From Squalus acanthias (taxonomy: Eukaryota), in assembly GCA_030390025.1 (NCBI GenBank), contig JASTWF010001722.1:1-63000 (forward strand): DNA of 63,000 nt. The letters are read 5' to 3'. Shown in pieces: positions 26,152 to 36,600 of this stretch. How positions within the stretch are numbered: the first letter of the stretch is position 1; every line of letters begins with the position of its first letter. The position numbers and the translations under genes were made by a program. The notes beneath the pieces were generated by a model. The model was not told where the DNA came from. It did not search any database and saw only the letters and a program-made list of their open reading frames with translations.

Positions 26152-26587
26152 ATTGTTTTGTGTTCTTAGCACTTCTGTCGCTTTACTTTGTTTCTTACAG
26201 TACTCATCACTCTTTGAGCGCAATAAAATACTGCATAGGCGAGTAGCCTAGTCGCCTTATGACTTTTAACCTTCTTTAGATCTACACAATCCTGAATAAA
26301 GTTTATCACTTCTTCAAAGGGGACTCGGTCTCCTTTGCTTAAACATTCCGTCAATAATACCTGTACTTCCTCCTCACAGGCACCTCTGTCTAATTTACTC
26401 TTGTACGCGTTAACAAAACTTTTGCAGTTATTTTGTAGTTTTCTTAACGGAACTCCAAAATCTATAACTATCGGCACGCAATTCACAGGCACTCCCCACG
26501 AAGGGTTATCCCTCCCCAAGAGAAGCAGCTGATCAGGAGTCTACTCTCGAGGTCTGGTCTATTCCACAATACCAGCCGCTTTATCTT
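26152..26587 (-). pseudogene. Leader and putative gag-like 5' remnant of an LTR retroelement
   Basis: 117-codon stop-free frame (26166-26519, no ATG) starting about 70 nt after the PBS and truncated at the MITE; identity inferred from position only. Confidence 0.5.
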
Positions 26588-26605
26588 GTCCCAACTGGGG
26601 TGCCA
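26588..26605 (-). other. Primer binding site, tRNA-Arg(CCU)-like
   Basis: Minus strand ...CTCACA|AC|TGGCACCCCAGTTGGGAC; matches the vertebrate tRNA-Arg(CCU) 3' end at 17/18 positions (tRNA sequence recalled, not looked up). Confidence 0.78.
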
Positions 26606-26607
26606 GT

Positions 26608-27447
26608 TGTGAGTCAGTCAAGTGACCTCTCAGAGTTCTTGGACAAGACACAAATAGGCAGCAGCCAGTATGTTTGAGCAATGGATCAACATTTATTAAG
26701 CTTACAGCGTAATTAATACTTAACATGAGGCGATGGTAAAACGAATCGCTCGCAGCACTTGGTCTCTGGAGCCCTTCGGACACAGACAACGTCGTCGTAA
26801 GTCTGTTCCTTTTCTACGCAGCAAATCTTTGTGGGAATTTGTTCTTTGAATATCGAGGTTTTAACCCATTCCTTAGCAACAGTTCGTTTGGCCAGTGTCC
26901 ATATATGGTCTTTAAAAAAGTCAGTTTGCTTAACTGGTTCTAATGGTCAAAATGCCATTGTCTCTCAGGTTTAGGCTGGTAACCTGGTCCCTCCTTTTCC
27001 AGTACATTTCCACTAACTCTGCTGCACTGTCGTGTTAAATTGTTTATAGCCTTTCACCAAATTGGAATTTACCATGTCTCTTTCATTTCATAGCCTCCCC
27101 GGTACAAGGCATTTATACCAAGGGCCCATATCAGCGCTGTTTCACTTGTCTTGAGGTATCCAGACTATCTCACTTTAATCTACCAGATAAATTCCTTAAC
27201 ATCCATGATCTCTCTCATTTTATGCCCTTATTCTAATTAGCCTTTAAATATTGTTGCAATTAGTTTTGTTAAGCGAATTCTAAGTTTTATTCAGCATCAT
27301 AATATGTGATTTAAAAATTTGACCTTCATTTGCAGCCTGTAGCTACACCTTATCAAAGCTTAGTCAAAACTGCATTTGGCTGTCGCCGCAGTGCATTCTG
27401 AACAAGTCTTAGCTTTTTAGTTACCCAGGATAATTATGGGTAATATT
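26608..27447 (-). mobile_element. 5' LTR of an LTR retroelement/ERV (upstream boundary uncertain)
   Basis: Ends in CA two nt before the PBS; AATAAA at 26697-26692; TATAAA candidates at 27048 and 27117; perfect CArG box at 26899-26908. Confidence 0.7.
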
Positions 27448-28342
27448 GGCCCAGAAATTAAACATGCATGGTTCCCGCGGGGGTAAGGATTCCCCGCGTT
27501 TTGGCACTCCGCACCTACCTTTTTGCTCCGGGCCCACACGAACTTTAGTTTCAAAGGCTCTCTCTGTTGGAACAGTGCAGTGCTTGCGTGACCCAGAGGC
27601 GCAATTAATTTGTGCGAGCTCTGGGATCACGTGATTCAGTTAGAGCCAATGGCAGCACACCATCTTTTATTCATAGTTTTGACGGCAAGAGCTTTCAAAG
27701 CTATGAATACTACACACCCCCAAAAGAACAGCGAAACCTCAATTAAATTTAAAAAAAGCCATCACATTAATAAAATAAGTATAGTTAAATAAATTAACCA
27801 CTTTAAATAAAATATTAAATTTTTGAAAAAATTTAAAATCTTTTTAAAAGTTATAAAAATAAACTTACCTTTCTTTAAAGTCTCTAAAAAAGATAAACCT
27901 GTTGAAAAAAAATTAAAATAATACTTAATTAACGACTTACCTTATTAAAAGGTAATCTTTTCTGTGATAGATAGTAGATTGGCGGCTAGGATCAGATCAG
28001 CCATGATCTTATTGAATGGCGGAGCAGGCTCGAGGGGCCGATTGGCCTACTCCTGCTCCTACTTCTTATGTTCTTATGTTAAAAGGGGGTCCTACGCCTA
28101 CTTTCTTTGTGTGTAAGATCTTCACCAACTTACCTGCGCGTTCAAAGCTGAAAAAAACTAAGTGCACTGCGTGCGCACAGCCTGGAGTGAGCACGCGGTT
28201 CACTTAGGAACCGCCCCCTTTGCAATACACAAAGTGCCGATTTCCCGCGCATGCGCAGTGCATGCAGGAAACCGGCAAATCGGGATCTAATACGCAAGAG
28301 TACACATTGCGTACTCTCGCGTATTAGGTTTAATTTTCGGGT
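27448..28342 (-). mobile_element. Harbinger-associated MITE, copy 3 (inverted), carrying a CR1-tail insertion at 27953-28078
   Basis: Reverse complement of copy 2; the insertion is flanked by the 8-bp duplication TTAAAAGG. Confidence 0.82.
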
Positions 28343-28424
28343 AAATATATGGTCAATGGCTACACTTAAAGTTATTCATATACGATTCTCATCTGCTAAA
28401 TATATTTAAATATCAGCCTTTCCT

Positions 28425-29640
28425 ACAACACAGTCTCCTCAAGCAGCTCCCTTGCACATGGCCCTGATAGTTAGGGACAGTGTCTAAACACACACACTCC
28501 TCAATCAGCTCCATTACACATGTACCTGATAGTAAGGGACTGTCCCTAAACACACACTCTCCTCACACAGTTTCCTTACACATGTATCTGATAGTTAAGG
28601 ACAGTCCATAACACAACACACTCTCCTCCATCTCCTCCCTTACAAATATACATGATAGTTAGGGACCGTCCCTAAACACACGCACTCCTCAATCAGCTCC
28701 CTTATACATGAACCTGATAGTTAGGGACCGTCCCTAAACACACACTCTCCTCAATTGACTCCCTTACACATGTACCTGGTAGTTCGGTACAGTTCCTAAA
28801 CACACACTCGCCTCAATCAGCTCTATTACACATGTACCTGATAGTTATCGATCGTCCCTGAACTCAACACACTCGCCGCAATCAGCTCCCTTATACTGTA
28901 CCTGATAGACAGGGAACGACCCTAAATTCAGCACACTCTCCTCATTCACCTCCCTTATACAATTACCTGATAGTTAGGGACATAACCTAAACACACACTT
29001 TCCTCAATCCGCTCCCTTACATGTGTACCTGATAGTTAGGGACTGTCGCTAAACACACACACTCCCCAATCATCTTTCTTTCACATGTATCTGCTAGTTA
29101 GGGACAGTCCCTAAAGACAACATAATCTCCTCAATCAGCTACCTTACACGTGCAACTGATAGTTAGTGACGATCCCTAAACACAACACACTCTCCTAAAT
29201 CAGCTCCCTTACGCATGATCTTGACAGTTAGGGACTGTCCCTAAGCACAACACACTCTCCTCAATCAGCTTCCTTACACATGAACCTGATAGTTAGTGAC
29301 TGTTCATAAACATACACTCTCTCCTCAGTCAGCTCCCTTTCACATTTACCTGATATTTAGGCACAGTCCCTAAACCCACACTCCCTCAATAATAAGCACC
29401 CAAACCTCCGCATACATTTTGGTTAGATAGTGGCCGTCCCAAAGCACAAACTCCCTTGTCCTGTTGTCTGATGGCTATCAGGTGCCGTCCTTAACCTCAC
29501 ACACTCTCTGCTCAAACATATTCCTCACTCCTCCCACCCCATTTACCTGGATAGTTAGGGTCTGTCCCTGAACAACCTCTTTCCTTAATCATCTGCCTCA
29601 TCCCCATGTGCCTGAACAATAGTGAGGGACCGTTCCTAAA
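28425..29640. repeat. Tandem repeat of about 60 bp with internal palindrome TAGGGAC-n-GTCCCTA
   Basis: Unit cctgatagttagggacngtccctaaacacacactctcctcaatcagctcccttacacatgta; decays toward the right. Confidence 0.9.
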
Positions 29641-29666
29641 TGTTTTATTAATTTGTTGTGTTGCAG

Positions 29667-29875
29667 ATGTAAAGCGGGTAACTCAGCCTATCGGCATTGC
29701 AATATGGACAGAAACACAGCCAACACCTCTACCTACATCACCAGGGACGAGATGTTGGCCTATTTTAACTTCACCCTCCCGATCTGGTCCAACTTCGTCA
29801 TTCTCCTCCCATTTAGGGTGGCCTTTCGTCTCGCCTGCTAGCTCGAGCTCAGATTCTTCAGGAAGCCAGAAAAAA
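29667..29875 (+). pseudogene. ABCG-family half-transporter terminal exon relic
   Basis: Acceptor ttgcAG; CKAGNSAYRHC...TYITRDEMLAYFNFTLPIWSNFVILLPFRVAFRLAC*LELRFFRKP fits the ABCG C-terminal pattern (W.N..IL....FR..aY..LR); TAG replaces the Tyr. Confidence 0.7.
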
Positions 29876-29994
29876 AAACAACCGTCCGCAATTTACGCTT
29901 TCATCCTTGGGGACTGGGGTGGGATCAGGGGGTCAGACTCTGGACTTTCACCGTCTGGGAACTGGGGTCAACTCCAGCCCCAGAAGGTGTGTGG

Positions 29995-30350
29995 ATAACC
30001 CGTGCTGTACCTGCACTGGGAGCACTCGATGCTGACACTGGGTATAAAGTGGGGGACATACTGTCAGGGAAATGTAAGGGGAGATCCAAATTGTATCGAA
30101 CGCGTGCTGTACCTGTTCTGGGAGCGCTCGATGCTGACACTGGGTATAACGTGGGCGACACACTGTCAGGGAAATGTATAGAGAGCTCCACACTGTATCT
30201 AAACCGTGCAGTATCTGCCCTGGGAGCGATCGAGGCAGACAATGGGTATGAATTGGGTGTCACATAATCAGGATAATGTAGAGGGAGCTCTACTCTGTAT
30301 CTAACCCGAGCTAAACCTGCCCGTGGAGCGATCGATGCTAACTCTGTCTG
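29995..30350 (-). repeat. Diverged inverted copies of the 67-bp repeat family at 52790-53890
   Basis: aacccgtgctgtacctgc and ctgtatctaacccg motifs. Confidence 0.75.
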
Positions 30351-30354
30351 TGAA

Positions 30355-30649
30355 AATGACTCTTGATCTGCTCCACGTGATCGTTGGATGTAACAATCAA
30401 AATCAAGTATCTCCCTCCCGATGTTTCAGCGGGCTCGTCTCTGGCCTCGGAAGAAGAGCAGGACAGAAGATGGGCCCACTTGTGTTCGACACAGTACAGC
30501 ACTATTACAGCCCGCAACTTCAAAAAATGGCGAGAAATCAACCTGCCTTTGTTCAAATCATCCAGAGCATAACCATGGACATCGTCCCCGGGGACATTTT
30601 TTGGCAAATCCCTAAGGTGGACGAACAGATCGAGGCTCGATCGGGAATG
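30355..30649 (+). pseudogene. ABCG-family internal exon relic (linker + first TM helix of the membrane domain), frameshifted
   Basis: RRWAHLCSTQYSTITARNFKK, then in another frame FVQIIQSITMDIVPGDIFWQIPKVDEQIEARSGM|GT; fits the ABCG pattern W..Q...L..RNF....Q......G.IFWQ......I..R.G. Confidence 0.62.
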
Positions 30650-30694
30650 GTTCGTTCATCCCATAATCCCTATCGTTTCCGATGAAACTATTCA

Positions 30695-33600
30695 GGCAGC
30701 CGAGGGGCAGAACTGAGGGAGCGCTTCACTGTCGGAGGGGCCGTACTGAGAATGCGCTGAAGAGTCAGAATGGCAGGACTGAGGGAACGCCGCACTGTCG
30801 CAAGAGCAGTACTGAGCGAGCGCTGCACTGTGGGAGGGTCCTTACGGATAGAATGCTGCACTCTCAGAGGGGCAGTACTGAGGGAGCGCCGCACTGTCAG
30901 AGGGGTGTTGCTGAGGAAACGCCGCACTGTCGCATGGGCAGTACTGAGTGGGCGCTGCACTGTTGCAGGGTACTTACTGATAGATCGCTGCGCTCTCAGA
31001 GGTGCAGTACCAAGGGAGCGCCGCACTGTCACAGGGGTGTTGCTGAGGGAACGCCGCACTGTGGGATTGGCCGTACAGACGGAGCGCTGCACTGTCGGAG
31101 GGGCTGTACTGAGCGATCGCTGCACTTTCAGACGGGAAGGACTGAGGGAGCGTGGCACTGTCGGTGGGGCAGTACTGAGGGAGCGCTGCACTGTCGGAAG
31201 CTCCCTACTGAGGGAGCGCTGCACTGTCGAAGGGACAGTACTGAGGGAGTGCCGCACTGTGGGATGGGATGTACTGAGGGAGCGCCGCACTATCGTAGGG
31301 GCGGTGCTGAGGGGAAGCCGCACTATCGGAGGGGCAGTACTGATAGAGCGCTGCACATTTGGATTGGTAGTATTGAGCAAGCGATGAACTGTCGAAGGAG
31401 CAGCACTGAGGGAGTGCCACACTGTGGGAGGGGCATTACTGATAAATCGCTGCACTGTCAGAGGGGCAGGACTGAGGGAGCACTGCACTGTCGGAGGGGC
31501 TGTACTGAGGGAGCGCTGCACTATTGGATTGACATCACGGAGAGAGCGCTGCTCCATCAGAAGGGCAGGACTGAGGGAGGGCGGCACTTTCGGAGGAGCA
31601 GTACTGAGGGAGTGTCGCACTGTCGGATTGGCAGTACTGTGGAAGCGCTGCACTGTCAGAGGGGCAGCACTGAGGGAACGCGGCTCTGTCGGAGTGTCCG
31701 TAATGAGGGAACGCTGCTCTGTCGGAGGGGCAGTACTGAGGGAGTACCGCACGGTTTAAGGGTAAGTAATGAGGGACCACCGCATTGACGGAAGGGCGGT
31801 ACTGATGGAACGCGGCACTGTGGGAGGGGCTGTACTAAGGTAATGCTGCACCATCGGAGGGGCGGTACTGAGGGATGGGCAGTATTGATGGAGCGCCTCA
31901 TTGTCAGAGGGGCATTACTGAGGGAAGACTGCACTAACAGAGGGGCAGTAATAATGAGGGTGCGCTGCAGTGTCAGGGGTTCAGTACTGAGGGAGCGCTG
32001 CACTGTCGGAGGGGCAGTATTGATTGAGCGCTTCATTGTCAGCGAGGCAGTAATGAGGGAACACTGCACTGACAGAGGGGCAGTACTGAGGGTGCGCTGC
32101 AGTGTTGGAGGGTCAGTATTGAGGGAGCGCTGCAATGTTTGAATGGCTGTACTGAGTGAGCACTGCACTGTCGGGGGCTCAGGAATGAGGGACCGCTGAA
32201 CTGTCGGAGGGATAGTACTTATGGGACGCTGCACTGTCTGAGTGGACAGTACAGAGGGAACGCTGCACTGTCCTAGGGGCAGCACTGAGAGAGCTCTGCA
32301 CTGTTGGAGAGAGAGTAATGAGGGAGCGCCGCACACAGCCAGACGGACAGTATTACTGGAGCGATGCACTGTCGGATTGCCAGGAAAGAGTGAGCGCCGG
32401 TCTGCCGGAGGGACAGTACTGAGGGAGCGCTGCACTGTCGGAATTGCAGTTCAGAGGAAGTGCTGCACTTAGACTGGCAGGTAAGAGGGAACGTGGCACT
32501 GTCGGAGTCGCAGTATAAATGGGGTGCCTAATGGTCAGAGGTGCAGTACTGAGGGAGCACTGCATTGTCTGAGCGGACAGTACTAAGGGAGCGCTGCACT
32601 GTCGGACGGAGAGATTTGCGGGAACACCGCTGAGCCGGAGATACATTATCGACAGAGCGCTGCACTGTCGGATGGGCAGGACTGAGGGAGCGCTGCACTG
32701 TTGGAGGTGCAGTACAAAGGGAACGCTGCACTGTCGGAGGCGAATTACTGACGGAATGCCGCACTGAGGGACGTTCTGTACTGAAGGAATGCTGCACTGT
32801 TCGAGGGAAAGTACTGAGGGAGTGCCGCAATCCCGGAAGGGTAGTACTGAGGGAGCGCAGCATTGTCGGAGGGGTGATACTGAGGGAGTGCGGCCCTGTC
32901 GGAGGGCCAGCACTGAGGGAGCGCTGAACTGTCAGAGGTGAAGTTCTGAGGGAGTGCTGCTATGTCGGAGTGTCAGTATTGAAGGAGCGCCTGATTGTCA
33001 GAGGGGAATTAATGAGGCATCACTGCATTGTTGGATTGGACAGTACTGAATGAGTGCTGCACAGTCGGATCAGCAGTACTGGACAGAGCTGCACTGTCAG
33101 AGGGGTAGGAATGAAGGAGGGCGTCATTGTCGGAGGAGCAGTACTGAGGGAGTGCCGCACATTCGGAGGGGCAGTATTGAGCCAATGCCGCACATTCAGA
33201 GTGGTAGAACTGAGGGGGCGCGGCATTGTCGGTGGTGCAGTACTGTCGGAGCGCTGCAATTTCGGAGGGTCTGTACTGAGGGAGCGCTGCAATGTCGGAG
33301 GGGCAGTACTGAGGGACTGCCACACTGTCGGTGGGGCAGTACTGAGGGAGCGTCGCACTGTCGGGGGGGCAGTACTGAGGGAGCGCCGCACTGTCGGATT
33401 TTCGGTGCTGATGGAACGCCGCACTGTCCGAAGTTCAGCAATGAGGGAACCTGCACCGTCGGAGATGTGGTACTGAGGGAGCGCTGTCCTGTCTTCGGGA
33501 TAGTACTGAGGGAGCGCTGCACTGTCAGAGGGGCAGTATTGATGGAGCGCGGCACTGTCCGTGGGGCAGTATTGAATGAGTGCTGCATTGTCGGAGGGGC

Positions 33601-36600
33601 AGTATTGAGGGATCGTGGCACTGTCGGAGCGGCTGTACTGAGTGCGCGATGCACCGTCGGAGGGACAGTACTGCCCGAGCGCTGCACTGTGTGCATAGAC
33701 AGTACAGAGCGTGCGCTGCACTGTCGGAGGGGCAGTACTGTTGGAGCGCCGCAGAGCCGGAGGGACAGTACTGAGGGAGCGCTGCACTGTCGGATTTGCA
33801 GTTCACAGGAAGTGCTGCACTGTTAGAGTGGCAGGAATGTGGGAGCGCGGCACTGTCGGAGTCGCGGTAGTAATGAATTGCCTCATAGTCAGAGGTGCAG
33901 TACTGAGGGAGCACTGCATTGTTTGAGTGGACAGTACTGAGGGAGCGCTGCACTGTCGTAGGGGCAGTGCTGAGAGAGCGCTGCAGTGTCGGACGGAGAG
34001 TTTTGCGGGAGCACCGCACAGCCGGAGATACATTACCGACAGAGCGCAGCACTGTCGGATGGGCAGGACTGAGGGAGCGCTGCACTGTTGGAGGTGCGGT
34101 ACAGAGGGATCGCTGCACTGTCGGAGGCGAATTACTGATGGAATGCCGCACTGAGGGACGTTCTGTACTGAGGGAATGCTACACTGTTGGAGGGGAAGTA
34201 CTGAGGGAGTGCCGCACTCTCGGAGGGGCAGTACTGAGGGAGCGCAGCATTGTCAGAGGTGAAGTAGTGAGGGAGTGCTGCTATGTCGGAGAGTCTATAT
34301 TGAAGGAGCGCCTGATTGTCAGAGGGGAAGTAATGAGGCATCAATGCATTGTCGGAGTGGACAGTACTGAGTGAGTGCTGCACTGTCGGATTAGCAGTAC
34401 TGGAAAGAGCTGCACTGTCAGAATTGCAGGAATGAAGGAGGGCGTCATTGTCAGAGGCGCAGTACTGAGGGAGTGCCGCACAGTCGGAGGGGCAGTATTG
34501 AGGCAAGCCGCACTTTCGGAGCGGTAGTACTGAGGAAGCGCAGAACTTGCAGAGGGCAGGAGTGAGGAAGCGCGTCCCTGTCGGTGGGGCAGTACTGAGC
34601 AAGAGCTGCACTGTCAGAGGGTCTGTACTGAGAGAGCATTAACTGACGGATGGACCGTACTGAGGGAGCATTGCACTGTCGGACGGGCGTTACTGAGGGA
34701 ACGCGGCACTGTCGGAGGGTCAGTACTGAGGGAGCGCTGCACTTCGGAGGGGTAATAGTGATGGAGCGCCTCATTGTCAGAGGGCAGCACAGAGGGAGCA
34801 CTGCACTATCGAATTGGCAGTACTGAGGATGCGCTGCACTCTCAGAGGGGCAGGACTGACCGAGCGCGGCACTGTCAGTGGGGCAGTACTGAGGGAGTGC
34901 CGCACTTTCGGAGGGGCAGTACTGAGGGTGCGCTGCCCTGTCTGAGGGACAGTATTGATGAAGTGCCTCATTTTCAGAGGGGCACTACTGAGGTAGCGTT
35001 GCACTTTTGGAGGGGCAGTACTGAGAGAGCGCTGCACTGTCGGAGGGAGAGTACAGAGGGAGCATCGCACAGCCTGAGGGACATTACCGACGGAGCACTG
35101 AACTGTCGGAGGTGCAGTACTGACGGAGGGCCGCGCTGTTGGAGGGGCAACACAAAGGGAGCGCGGCACTTCTGTGATGCAGTAATGAGGGAGCGCGGCA
35201 CTGTCGGAGGGTCCGTACTGAGGGAGCGCTGCACTGACAGAGGGGCAATATTCAGTGAGTGTCTCACTGTCGGAGGGGCAGCAATGCGGGAGTGCAGCAC
35301 TGTCAGAGAAGCAGTACTGAGGGAGAGCAGCACTGTCGTAGCGGAAATTCTGAGGGAACACCGCACTGTCGGATTGGCAGAACTGAGGAAGCACTGCATT
35401 GACAGAGGGACAGGACTGAGTGTGCGGGGCACTGTCGGTGGGGCAGTACTGATGGAGCACTGCATTGTTCAGAGGGTCCGTACTGAGGGAGCGTTACACT
35501 GTCGGAGCAGCAGTACTGAGGGAGTGCCGCAATGTCGGAGGGGCAGTATTTAGGGAAAGCTGCACCGTCGGTTGTGCGTTACTCAGGGAGCGCTGCACTG
35601 ACCGAGGGGCAGTATTGATGGAGCGCCTCATTGTCAGAGGTGCAGTATTGAGGGAGCAATGCACAGTCAGATTGGCAGTACTGAGGAAGGGCTGCACTCT
35701 CACAGGGGCAGGACTGAGGGAACGCGGCACTGTCGGTGTGGCAGTACTGAGCGAGAACTGCACTGTTGAAGGGGCAGTACTGAGATAGCGCTGCATTGTC
35801 GGATGGGTAGTACTGAGGGATCGCTGCACTTTCAGAGTGGCTGTATTGAGTGAGCGCTGAACTGTCGGAGGGACAGTACTGAGGGAGCACTGTACTGTCG
35901 GATTACATTTACTGTTGGAGCGCCGCATAGCCAGAGGAGCAGTACTGAGCGAGTGCCGCACTTTCGGAGGGGCAATACTGAGGGAACGCCATATTGTCGG
36001 ATTGGCAGTACTGAGGAAGCGCTGCACTGTCAGAGGGACAGGACTGAGGGAGCGTTGCACTGTAAGAGTGTCCGTTCTGAGGGAGCGTTGACCTGTCGTT
36101 TTTAGGAGTACTGAGGGATCCACACTGTTGGAGGAGCAGTATTGTTGAAGCATCTCATTGTCAGAGTGGCAGTACTGTGGGAGAACTGCACTGTCGGATG
36201 GGCAGCATTGAGGTAGCGCTGCAGTATCGGAGAGCAGTACTGAGGGATCGCTGCACTGTAGGAAGGAGAGTACTGTCCGAGCGCTGCACTAAATGCGTAG
36301 ACAGTACAGAGAGAGAGCTGCACTGTCGGATGTGCTTTACTGATGGAGCGCCGGAATGTCAAGGGGCAGTACTGAGGGGACGCTGCACTGTCGGAGTGGC
36401 GGTAGTGAGGTAGCGCTGCGCTGTATGAGGGGCAGTACTGAGGGTGCGCTGCCCTGTCGGAGGGCAGTAATGAGGGAGCGCTGCACTGTCTGAGGGGCCT
36501 GTATTGATGGAGCGCCTCATGGTCAGAGGGGCAGTACTGAGGGAGCACTGCACTGTAGGAGTGGCAGCACTGAGGAGGCGCTGCACTGTAGGAGGGGCAG

